Positions 21,530 through 33,800 of a stretch of 41,719 nucleotides of DNA are shown piece by piece. Position numbers and translations under genes: made by a program. The DNA comes from Thelocarpon superellum. Taxonomy: Eukaryota. The stretch spans positions 1-41,719 of the forward strand of contig JAPEUG010000118.1 in assembly GCA_026025795.1 (NCBI GenBank), read 5' to 3'. The notes beneath the pieces were generated by a model, which saw only the letters and a list, made by a program, of their open reading frames with translations, made no database searches and was not told where the DNA came from. The first letter of the stretch is position 1, and each line of letters begins with the position of its first letter.

Positions 21530-22519
21530 TCTGGCCGCCGTTGGATCTGATCAACGATCAGGGCATGTCTCGGGCGACAGGCGTGTATGAGTGCAGTGGC
21601 CGAACGGACATGGGACTTCCCTACCTCGATCCCTCTTCATCTCTAGCTCCCTTGGCCACTGTAGAACATGAGATCGTCCGCAGGATTTTGATGGGATGCT
21701 TTACTAGGGCTGCATAGACTAATGTCGGTGAGTAGTCCAGCGTAGAAATTCGCAGTCAATTCCTACAGGCGTTCGGTCACTTCTGCAAACCCCTTCCCGT
21801 ACACGTTGCTGTACCGTCGGCTAAAGGCGACGCACGCACTTGGACCTTTCAGGCTGGACGAAGACTCGGTGGCGCGCAGGCCCCCGACTGCCCTGTGCTG
21901 GCCCCCGCCGCCCCCGGGCGTCATGAGAAACCACGCAACGATAGATTGCTAACCCTCGGAGTTGTGCCGGAGTGGCAGGCCGAAATGCATCTTCATCTGG
22001 CGTTCTCGTCGAAACGCTGCAAGTGAGCTGCGGCCGAAGTACTGACTTATTCGCCATCCTGTCTCTGAGCACGAGAACCGCCAATGCCCCTGCCTTAAGT
22101 GCCGTTGTGGTTGCACAGTCCACTCAACCAATCTGCACATGAACCCCGAGCGAGCGGCATCAAGGCCAGCTCCTTCTACACCGGTAGAGACTGATAGTGC
22201 CCACGGGTTCCTGACGTCTGCCCGACGTGGCAAGCAGGGAGTGGTGAACAAGGAGATTGTGCCCGTCGGTACGAGTACCCCAGCCAGCCTTACCGGTAGC
22301 ATAGATTAGACCTCGGGCCTTGGGTGACAGATCAGGGACAACTGGTGATCCCAGCCGCTTGGAGCGACCTTCCAGACGCTACAGACGCCACGCGAAACCA
22401 GTCCGACCACCGAGTCGGCCTCGACCAGAAAGATTTGAATGGGGCCAGGCATTCCTCTGCTGCCGATCAACACCCGACCAATGTCGTCGTAGCCCCACCG
22501 GCTGGAGCCTCCGCCCCCC

Positions 22520-24182
22520 ATGGCCGAGGAGAAGGACCGCATCGAGTCCGACGCGGACGCCGGCGGACATACTCCCAATGGCGGCGATCACTCAGATCTG
22601 GACGGGGTGAGTAGACCCGGTTGTCACTTTTGTCACTGTTGTTGCTGCACGACCGTTGTTGGTGGGCGGAAGATATGGTCGTGAGACGTGAAAAGCTCCC
22701 AGTCGTGTCGACCACCACAACCACCACAACCCCCACAAGCACAATCTCGGCGTCCCGGGGCCCGTCAACGGCCTCCCAAGATGCACAAGGTTGACATGTC
22801 TCGGCGTGTAGGACACGTTCGAGGACGCCCCAGATACCGCGGCCGCGCTGTCGGTGCACCGACCGTCGACGTCGGCTTCGTCGAGATCGCTGACCGATCC
22901 CCGACCCACCGCCGCGCTCGGCGCGACAGACCAAGACGACTCATCACGCAGCGCCGCTGGGCACGATACGCTCAGCGGCGAGACGATCGCGGAGAGCGGC
23001 GCGGGGCTGGATGGTGCGTCGGAGTCAGACATGAAGGCGCACCAGTCACCACCGCTGACGGCTCGCCGCATCTCAACCGCGTCGCTGGACGAGGTCAGTC
23101 TGGAGGAAGTGGGGCCGGACGACACCACCTCTCTGCGATCACGATCGAGATCACGCTCATCCACCCTCCGCTCCGAAACCTCTTCTCGTGTCTCCATTCC
23201 CGGACCCAAAGACCTTCCGGCGCTGGCCACTGCCTCTGGCCAGGCCGCACGTCGCCCGAGCTCACGGGGGACGTCACAGACCTCCGTCCCCATCATGAAC
23301 CCTCCCTCGGGCCCCAGTGCCAACCGCCTCACCGCCGCCACCCCGCCGCCACCGCTCCGCAAGCTCACAAGTCCCTTCTCCTGGCTGTCGCGGGGCACCA
23401 GCGCCGTATCCAAAGATACCCATCCATCGCCGCCCGTGTTGCCCTCGAGCGTGAATCTGCAGGTCCATCACGATCGATCCACCACGGTCATTTCGCTCCC
23501 CACCCACGACAGCCACCCGGACCTGATGCTCAGCAAGTTCCGCGACAGTCCTGACGTCGACGCCTCGCCGCAGGAGGGCCCGCGGCGCCCGGGCCGAAAC
23601 ACCCTTCGTGATCGCTTCAAAACATTGCGGATGCGTGAAGAGGCGGGCATCACGACGCTGCACGCCGACGGCGACACATCCCCCGTCGCCGGCGAGGCCA
23701 TTGCAAGCCTCATCGGACGCGGGATGGGCCTCGGCCTCGGCATCGGCAGCCCGACCAGCATCGTGGACGAACAGGACGGCGGCGGCACCACCGGCGCCGC
23801 ACTGGCGGGCAGCCCTGTCATAAAGACGAGCAGCGGTGCCGAATCGCTGCCGGCCGCGACGGATCCACACCTGCCGCCGGGCACGGCCGCCGGCTCCACC
23901 GCTGGCCCGTCGAGCGTGCCACCCGCCCTGGGGCCGGTCGACTGGGACCTCTGGCAGACCGTGGTCTACGAAGGACCGGCCGCCGTCGCCCGCACCAGCG
24001 CCATGGAGCTCAATCGAGCCATCGCCAGCGGCATCCCCAGCGCCATCCGCGGCGTGGTGTGGCAGGTGCTGGCGCAGAGTAAGAACGACGAGCTGGAAGG
24101 TGTCTACCAGGACCTGCTTAGTCGCGGCACCGATCGCGATGCCGATCGACTCAGTGGCTCAAGTGCCAGTGGGCACGGACAT

Positions 24183-24213
<31 letters not shown>

Positions 24214-25686
24214 CCGACACGCCCAATTCCAATGGCGGCCCTCCGAAGGAGCCGGCCGCGTCGTCGGCCTCCTCCGTCCAGTCCGGCCAGTCGACCCCGG
24301 CCACGTCGACGACCAACGGCGTTGCTTCCCCCACCATCTCGCACAAGGACGACAGTAGCGAGACGACGGTGAAGCTCCAGGCGACGCTGCTGGCGGAGAA
24401 GACTCGCAAGGCGCGCGACGATGCCGTCTCGCTGCAGAAGCTGGAGAAGGCGATCCGCCGCGACCTCGGCGCGCGCACCAGCTTCTCCAAGTACGCGGCC
24501 AGCGCGGGTCTGCAGGAGTCGCTCTTCGGCGTCTGCAAGGCATACGCCCTCTTTGACGAGGGCGTGGGCTACGCGCAGGGCATGAACTTCTTGATCATGC
24601 CGCTGCTCTTCAACATGCCCGAGGAGGAGGCCTTTTGCCTGCTGGTGCGGCTCATGAACCAGTACCACCTGCGCGACATGTTCATCCGCGACATGCCAGG
24701 CCTGCACCTGCATCTCTACCAGTTCGAGCGGCTCCTCGAGGACCTCGAGCCCGCGCTGTACTGCCACTTGCACCGCCGCGGCGTGCAGCCGCAGCTGTAC
24801 GCGACGCAGTGGTTCCTCACGTTGTTCGCCTATCGCTTCCCGTTGCAGCTCGTGATGCGCATCTACGATCTCGTGCTGAGCGAGGGTCTAGAGGGCGCCA
24901 TCCTCAAGTTTGGCGTGGTGCTGATGCAGAAGAACGCGGCGACGCTGCTGGGCATGACCGACATGGCGGCGCTGACCACCTTTCTCAAGGAGCGTCTCTT
25001 TGACGTCTACATCGACCAGGCGCCCTCGGCTACGTCCATCCTCGAGTCGGGCTTCTTCGGTAGCTCCGGCGGCAGCGACAAGGAGATCTACCGCGCCGAC
25101 GTCATGGTACAGGACGCGTGCGCGGTCAAGATCACGCCGCAGATGTTGCACACCTACGCGCTCGAGTGGGAGGAGCAGGCGCGGCTGGAGCGCGAGCGCG
25201 AGGCCGAGCTGGAGGCCCTCCGTGCCAGCAACGCCAGTCTGGCCGGCAAGATCCGCGCCCTCGAGGACCACGCGGAGAAGTTCGAGACCGAGCACGTCCA
25301 GGTGGCGTCGGGGCTGGTGCGCGCCAAGGTGGAGCACGAGGAACTGCGCGACGAGCACGAGACCCTGCAGGCCGAGGCGGCCGAGCTGCGCGAGCTGGTG
25401 CGCACCCAGCCGGCCGCGGTGGAGGCGCAACTGCACGAGGAGATGGAGCGCATCATGAAGCGCAATCTCGAGGTGCAGAATGAGAACCGCGCGTTAGAGG
25501 AGCAAATGTCGGAGATGGAGAAGGATCTCGTGAATGCGAAGATGCAGTACGCCGAGGTAAGGATGCCGCCGCGCCCTCCCCTTGGGATGTGGGTCGATGC
25601 TGATGACTTGGCCGCGCCAGATCAACTCGTCGCATGAGACGCTGAAGCAGAAGTGGAACGACCTACGCCGGGCAATCGGCGACTAG
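22520..25686 (+). CDS. GYP5: Rab GTPase-activating protein, TBC domain plus C-terminal coiled coil (Gyp5/EVI5-like); model join(22520..22606,22812..25556,25621..25686)
   Basis: GIPSAIRGVVWQVLA, IRRDLGART (R-finger region), GYAQGMNF (Q-finger), LYATQWFLTLFAYRFP and a coiled-coil tail. Introns 22607-22811 (GTGAGT..GTTGAC..TAG) and 25557-25620 (GTAAGG..GCTGAT..CAG). Confidence 0.85.
24171..24208 (+). repeat. Coding hexamer repeat (GGCCAC-like) encoding (GH)6 in the Rab-GAP
   Basis: gggcac ggacat ggccac ggccac ggccac ggccac gg translates as GHGHGHGHGHGHG. Confidence 0.85.
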
Positions 25687-27823
25687 GCGTCGACGGCACG
25701 TGCGCCATGTGCCTCAATCTCTCCTCGACATCCGTGGTTTCGGTGGTTCTCACGACGTGCCCCACGTAAGCGCCGGCACCTGACCTCCCGGCGCTCCCTT
25801 GCTGTTGAGCGGGCGTTGCTCCGACGGCCAGTGACCGTATTGAGGTGGACCGGCCGCTCTGCTTTTCATTCTACCTGTACTCGTACGACCGCGCCATGGG
25901 CCTTGTATGCTAGACGTCTTTCGACACGAAGTCCTTGCTGTCGTCCCTCGCTGGACCACACTGCGACCCGGAGCAACGCCATGGCCACGGCCACGAAGAC
26001 GTAGTGGTATGTGCCGGGCGTTGAGTGGACCCCCGGGCAACGCAACACACCGTCGTCTCGACGTCATGAGTCTTTCTGACCTGGTGAGCCAGCTGGGCCA
26101 CAGCGCCAGCGAGAAATGCGTCGAGCACACTCGCCCACCTGGCCGGGCGAAGAAAACCCTCGCCACAAGCAGAGCAAAGCGGAAGCCGCATCATACACCA
26201 GCCGTGCACATGGGTTAACTTGTAGCTTCTAAAGATTCCATCAAGTCTCCTCCGGAACGAAACCAGTTGCAGCGGATGGGAGTTGGTCGAATCTCCGCGG
26301 ACGGACACCACGTCGACGGCCCATTCTCCGCCATGACGGACTGCAAGCTGGCTGAGTCATATCGCTCCTGTTACCAGCGACAGGTAGAATTCTACCCGAG
26401 GCGAGCGCCATGGAGAGCACGTCCGACTGTAAATCAGAGTGGTTAGCGCCGCCTCGCAGTGTGGGCGTGCTCATTCACCAGATGTCGTTTATTCATGAGC
26501 TGCAGGAGGCACGGGTAGCAGCTACGGGGGGCACTTGCGTCCTGGCACGTTGGACAGGAAAAGATGGCTCTGCTCACTCCCTTTTAATGAGCCCGTCCTT
26601 CCGTCTGCCGGCCTGCCCGAGACATACGGATCGCGGGCCCATTATTGCTCGCCGATAATCGCGCCCGTACTCGTACCCGTACACCGTCCTCGCGACACGA
26701 GGTCGCCTGAGCGGCGGAGCATCTTCCCCCGGGTACTCGGACCTGGCCCAGCTCAGGCATCGAGGGAGTAGCGACTTCACCGGCAACGTGCGGGTGACCG
26801 CGAGCGGTACTCGACTACCAGAGGAGCTCTCTGCAAATTTAGAGTTGGTCTGAGTCGTCCGAGTCATATCAGAGCTTGAAACCCGTGTCATGAACGGCGG
26901 AAGAGCGGCTGCCTGGAAGATATTGGTAGTCGTACGTGAAGCTACTTGCCGCCAGGCGAGATGCCTGGGATTGGCAGTAGAGCGGCGTGTACCGTAGGTG
27001 CGGACGGCGTACGACTACTTCGTACGTCCTACGCGCAGCCTGATAGGACGACTGGACGACGAAGCCCAGGGAAGAAGCGATCCGTCTTCTGCTGCTGCTC
27101 CTTGGCACCAAAGTCGAGGTTGGTACCTGACCGGCGTCATCCCGACCCTCTCACTCTCTCTGCGTTGCTCCCTCTCCCCCATCATTCCACCGTTACCCGT
27201 CCCTTCACTACCGCGGCAGGAGCACGACTCATTACGACCCAGTCACGAACAACACAACCCGTCGGAATTCGTGACCCTCCTTCTCCCTCTACTCTCTCGT
27301 CTTCCCCCAGCCCACACCTCTACACCGACCGCGAAACTTCCGTCCTGAATCTCATTGCGCCCCGCGACTCGTCCTGGGCATATTCGGATCACGATCTGCA
27401 CTATCGTCATCTGCTTTGTGCCCTCGACTTGCCCCCGACTTGCCCCCGCCCTCTAGACTATCGCCCGAAGCTCCCCACCACGTCAACTCTCTTCCCCAAC
27501 TGTCATATTTCCTTTCTCATCTCCGACTCTTGCTACTGACCCTGCTCGTGAAGCTAGCTGCATCCTCTCGCCGTAGAGGGACCCACGACCCCATCTTTCC
27601 CTCGCCGAAGTTTGCCACGCGAAACGTCGGTCGATATCAACTCCGATCACGTTGGCGGCCACGCCTCGAAAACCCTGTCCTGCATTCGCCCTTGACGACG
27701 GCACGTGTCGCACCCCGCCTTGCCGATGCGTATAGATCGTTTCTCTCGCCACTCTGTCGGTGTGTGAAGGCTGCATGAGAGCTCCGTTAGGTCCAGATAC
27801 CGTGCTGTTGTGCACCCGTGGCC

Positions 27824-30800
27824 ATGGGGAGGATTAAGAAGACGGCCGGCCCAAAGCACGCGGTCGCGCTGGTCCGTTCCCTTCCCCCCTTGCCCTCCCC
27901 TCACGTCGGAACACCGCTGACGAGTCCCAAGCCTCCGGTGCTGGGCACGCTGATCGGTACCGCTGCCGAGCTCCCACTGCCGCAGCTTCCTGCGCTACTT
28001 ACCTCCGTCTCGCCCCGATGGCCATATCCTCGAGGAGATCTTTACAACTGGATCCCGCTCTTGAACCGCTTCGACTCGGTCTTGGAGGTCTTCAACAAAG
28101 AATACCGCTTGAATGAGGGTCCGCAAGCACAGCCCTTTGACCGCCGTCTCCTCCGCAAGGGCGATATCAAAAATGGAAGCGGCGCCTCGTCAGCCTTCGT
28201 CTCCGAGGCCGAGCTGGATCAGCGTGGATTTGGGCCGGAGGGCGATCGCGAGCTGATCGAAGCCATCCTGACCTTCTCCACCCTGCTCCTCGAAAACTGC
28301 GGCAACCGGAGCTTGTACTCGAGCAGCGCCCATCTCAACGACCTGATCAACACAACCTCCCTCTCCTTGCTCTCCCACGCCCTGCGGCTCGGCGTACGAT
28401 GTGCCCAACGTTACCTGGTCTCGCGCCAGCGCACCGTCGGCTCCGCCCAGCATCACAACTTCGCCCTCCTGGCCAGTCACTGGAACATCAACCTCGACAA
28501 GATGCAGAAGCTGGCGGTGCCCTTCCAGACCCAATCCACCTCCGGAGCGCCCGCCAAGGGCAAGGAAAAGATCGGCCTTGGGGCTCGCGATGCCGCGGCG
28601 GACGTGCCACCTCCCGTCACCGATCTAGTCACCATGGCCAAAGGGAGCCCGGCCGGAAACACCCAATCGGTCGCGTCCGGTCCCGGCCGCGATCGTCCGT
28701 GGGAGGCGTGGGAGGCGTGGGGGAATGTCTCGCTCACCTACACGCCCACCGCCGCTACCGATGCGGATCGACCGATCCCTGTGAGCCCAGTGATGGCGAC
28801 CATCAGCCCCACTGGGGATGAGCCCGTGACACCCACCCCGCGTCGGTCACAGGGCGCCGCCGCCACGTCATCGACGCCGCGACGAAGTCGCCTTTCCCAG
28901 GTGGAGGATGCAGTGACGCCCTCGCGCAGCTCGCCGGCTGCGCCAGTGACAAGCAAGAAAGATGAGGAGGGCCTCGTGGCCGTCCAAAGCCGGACGCTCG
29001 ACGTCCCCTACGACCGCATCGCAACGACGCCTCTGTACCAGATCATCGCCACTGCGCCTGCCGATATGCCGCGGGACGCTCGCTACGACTTGTTGCATCG
29101 TCTCCGCGTCGCCGCAGCGCTCGCCACATCCCTCGAGACGCGGCGCGAGATGCTCGGCATCCGCATCCTGGCCATCACCAATCTAGCCTACATCCACCCC
29201 GAGACCACCTTCCAGCAGAAAGTCCTCCAGCAAGACGCCGACGAACCCCGCCGCCTGCAGGTAGTCTACCAGCTTGCCGAGCTCGTTCACCCCGCCAGCG
29301 ATGGCGCCCGAGCCGTTCCCCGCCGCTTGCAGACTCTGGCCCTCGGCGGACTCGAGGCCTTGGCCAGACATAAATCCAAGGTTGCCGACGTCTGCACCGC
29401 CCTCAGCGTCAACGTAAATCACGGCGTGCTGCTCTACGTCGTCCGCAAGGCCGTCGCCGAGATGACCGTCGATGGCACCGACAAGACCCCCGAGGGCGCC
29501 GAGGAGGATGACTGGCGCGAGGCCCTGTTCGCCCTGCTCTCTTATCTGCCCGAGACGGCGCGCACGGGCGAGGCCTTGGTGGCCGCCGGGCTCCTGCCCA
29601 TCCTTCTCGACATCCTGACGCTGCGCACCGACAAGGCCGAGCGTACGCATCCCAAGGTCCTGAATTTCCTCGACACCTTCGTCTATCACATGCGCGACGC
29701 CTTCCAGACCCTCGCGCAGGCGAGGGGGCTTGACATCATTGCCGATCTAACGGCATTTGAAGTCGAGTCGGGCTTCACACGGGCGCGCGCTGGCGAGGGC
29801 ATGCCGGCCAATACCCGGAATCGCGTCATCGACTACGAGCTTCCCTTCTTCAAGCAGCAGACCCTGCGATGTCTCTTTAAGCTCATCAACCACATGATGT
29901 CGCACGGCGGCGGCAACATCGACCGCCTGCTCCGGAACCTGATCGACTCACCACGCCTCCTCGGTGCCTTGCGCACCATCCTGACCCACGCCTCCGTCTT
30001 CGGCTCCAACGTGTGGAGCGGTGCCGTCAACATCCTCAGCAGTTTCATTCATAACGAACCCACGAGCTACGCCGTCATCGCCGAGGCCGGTCTCAGTCGA
30101 GGTTTTCTCGAAGCCGTCTCGTGCGCGACCATCTCGATGCCCGAGGATCCACCCGAGGCCGTTGAGGCTGACGAGGCCGACCCTGCCACCGCCGCGGCGC
30201 CGACGGACGCACCGCTGGTGACGTCGACAGCAGAGGGGTCGCGACCGGGATCGGGGGCCGCGGCTCCCATGTCGAGTGAGCGAGCCATGGAACAGTCGCG
30301 ACGACTGCGGCTGGTGCCGGTCCCTCAACAGCCCCAAGCGACGGGGATCTTACCTGCGACCGATGCCATCGTTGCCCTCCCGCAAGCTTTTGGCGCCATC
30401 TGCCTCACCACAGCCGGGATGAAGCTCTTCCGCGCCTCGACCGCGGTGGACAGCTTCTTTCAAATCTTCCTCAGTCCCGCGCACGTCAAGACGATGTTCG
30501 CCGACGAAGACCTCCCCAACGCGCTCGGCACCGCCTTTGACGAGTTGGTCCGCCACCATCCGGCCCTCAAGCCGCAGGTCATGTCCGCATTGCTCTTCAT
30601 GCTCGTCTCCGTGGGCCAGCTGTGTCGCGCCCAGGCCCGCGCCGAGGGTTTGGAGGCCTCCACGACGTCAGCGATGCCGCGCGACGTCGACATGCGCGAT
30701 GCGGACGCCACTGGAGCCGCGCCGGCCCCGCCCCTCGCGGTGGTGGAGGGAATCCGCTTCCCCCCCACACGAGGTCCAGTTGGTGACGGCGACAAGCCCA

Positions 30801-33800
30801 TGGACCCTCCCGCCGCGGCCTATCTTGACGTCACGGCCAAGTTTCTCATTGGCTTCTTTTCCAACACATCCATGTGTACCGCCTTCATCGAGGCCGGCGG
30901 CGCCGAGTGGCTACTCGACTTGACCACCCTGCCCATCATGCGCGCTGACTTCGACCTCTTGGCCACGAGCCCGTTGATCTCCCGCGTTGTGCATATCCTT
31001 GTCGAGCAGAAACCGCACCTGGTCTTGCCGTCGTTGCTGCACCGTATTCAGCTCGTCCTCAAGGACCTGCGCCCATTCCAGCAGCATGCCGGCCAAGGCG
31101 CCTTCTTCGGCTACCTGATGGATGTCGACCAAGGGAGTCGCGTGATTCCACCCGCGACCAAGGTGGAGACGGGCTCGGGGACGGCCTCCGGGGCGACGAG
31201 CGCAGTCCCGAGCGCGAGCGCGAGCGCCGGGGCGACGCGGTCCGCACCGTCGTCGGCGCCCCTACTGACACCAGTGCCCGAGCAGGTGCAGCTTGGGGCC
31301 AGCACAGCAACGTATCTTCAGGCGCTGCTCAAGGCGCACACATTGACCGCCGTGCTGCGTGAGACCTTCTCGCAGCCGCTCTTCAATCACCGATCCAGCC
31401 ACACTATTTTCAGCCAGGTCAACTTGACTGACATGTACGTCACGCTCATCGCGGACCTGGGTGCGTTGCATCGCGCGTGCGTGCGGGAGGAGATCATATT
31501 GCAGCGTACGATGCCCAAGCCGTGGAAAGACTACACTCGTCCGACGGGCCTGGGTCGAAGCGCAGAGCTGGAGGCGCTTGTTTCCCGCGCCGATATGTCT
31601 CCCAACGGCAGCGCCAGTGCAGGCGGTATGGACGGTTCGCCGAGCGTCGAGGATACGGCCGTCACCATCGCCGCGCGTCAGGCGCGCATGAAGATTACTC
31701 AAACGCTTCGCTTGCTGCTCGACAAGATCCCCGCGGCCATCACCTCCTTCTACAATGGGCTCGGCCGCGTGCTGGTGACGAAGCGCCAAGTGGATTCGTA
31801 CCAGAAACAAAACGCCGTGCTGGTGGCCGAGGCCATTGCGCAGGCCCTGAACGACTCGCTCGGCCGGGGCTTCGTCGACGACGTACCGGCCTTCCCGGAT
31901 CGCCACGCCATGTGGATCGTCGCCCTGACGGCCTTATCGCAGATTGTGATGGACGTGCCTCTGGACCGTCCGTCGGCACAGTGCCTGACTGTCGTGCTGA
32001 ACGCCTTCAAGACCAAGGACGGCTTTGACACCCTACGCGCCATCCTCGACACTTTCGCGAGCGAGATCCGTGACGCCAACCTGCCGGGCGATGCGGGCCC
32101 ACAAACGGCCGACACCTCGGCCCGGCTGGCGTCCTGCTATCATGGCATTCAGATCATCCTGGGCTTCTATGCCTACATCGTCTCGGCCAAGAACATCGTC
32201 GAGGCCAGCCAGACGACGGCCATGGCATCGCGCGATCGGTTCAAGGAGAAGCCCGACTACTTCTCCCCCAACCAATTCCTCGTCGAGCTCCGCTTGGCCG
32301 TCTTGCCGGTGGTGCGCTCCATGTGGGACTCCGATCTTTTCCACCATGCCGATAGCACCCCCGCCAAATGCATGATCATCACGCTGCGTACCATCCTCGA
32401 CGGCGATCATGAGGCTGGCGCCTACAAGCGCTCAGACAAGATCGCCCGTCGTGGCAAGGCGTTCCCCAGGACCTGGCGCGAACCGGCGGAGAGCCACACG
32501 CGGCTCGCCAACGATGGATACGATCACGCCCTGATTCGCGAAGCGCTCTATCGATGCAATAACAACGCCAACCTGGCCGAGGACTATTGCCTAGCCCAGC
32601 AGCGACATGATCGTGCCATGCGTCTCTTTGTGCCCGAGCGTGAGCGGCCGGCGGCCGCGTCGGCGCGTGTCGGCCATGCTGGACGCGTGTCCGAGCCCGC
32701 GGCGCGCGTTACGGTGGCCGGCGTGGGTGAGGATGAGGCCGACGAGGGCGAGTCGTCCACGTCCAGCGGCCACGGCCCAGCCCTGCCCATGGCCACCTCG
32801 TCCGACATGGAACTGGACGAGATCGGGCCCACGGCTGGCGCCGCCTCGGTCGATCGGTCCATGCCTCCGCCTCCCCCAGCCCCCGGCCTCCCGGCGGATC
32901 AAGACGCGGGATCGGAGACAGAGACGGGCCTAGCGATGAACATCGACCATCTGCTGGGCAATCTTCGACAACTGAACGTGCCGACCCCACCGGCCCCGGG
33001 TCCGGAGCGAATGCAAGAGGGCACGAGCGCGGCGACGACGACATCCGTCTCGCCCGCGCGCGACGGAAGTGGCCCGAGTGGCAGCATCGAGATCGGCAAG
33101 ATGCCCGAAATCGCCACCATCGACGACCTCGATGAGATGCGCGTCGCGCTTCGGGCCAGTCTCATCGACCGGGCGCTCGATATCCTGAACGTGCACGGTG
33201 ACGTGACCTTTGAACTCGCCGACCTAGTAATGTCCGCGGTCGCCAAGGCGGCGCATCCCGACGCCATGCGGGCCGAGATTGGCGAGACGCTGGTGCAGTC
33301 GCTCATGTCGCTGCAACTGGACGACGACTTCCGCCCGGCGAGCAAGAAGGTGGCGGCCTATGCGAATTTGCTGGGCCTTGTCCTCCAGGACCGGCCCTTC
33401 TACGAGGCGACCTTGGGTGAGCTGCGTGCCAACTTCCCCTCCCTTCTTGGCTTCATCAAGACCTTCCCAGACCAACCGACGGATGTGCCATCGCCCTGGA
33501 TCGGTCAGATCTTACTGATTGTCGAGCGCCTGTTGGCCGAGGACGCGCAACCCCGGCCCGTCAAGTGGACCCCACCGGCCTCCGACAACGCTCCATCCGA
33601 GGCGCCCATCATCGAGCTCGGCGACAGCCTGATCCCGCCCGAGCAGAAGACGCTTCTGTTCGACGCCGTGCTTCAAGTCCTCCCGCGCGTCGGAACCGAC
33701 GATGGGCTAGCCCTCGCCGTCGCCCGAGCGCTCGTTATGCTTACGCGCAGCCGCTTCCTGGCCCTGCGGCTAGGCGAGCGAGCGAATCTCCAACGACTCT

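Noticed and set aside
26946..27539. 197-aa ORF upstream of TOM1
   Set aside because: Non-ATG start and low-complexity translation of a CT-rich leader; it cannot extend TOM1 because of the in-frame TAG at 27788-27790.
25687..27823. GYP5-TOM1 gap as the telomerase RNA gene (size fits; TAGAGTTGGTCTG at 26840 looks P6.1-like)
   Set aside because: I found no CTAACCCTA/TAACCCTAA-type template on either strand and no ATAAGT-type 3' processing site; kept only as generic structured-RNA findings.
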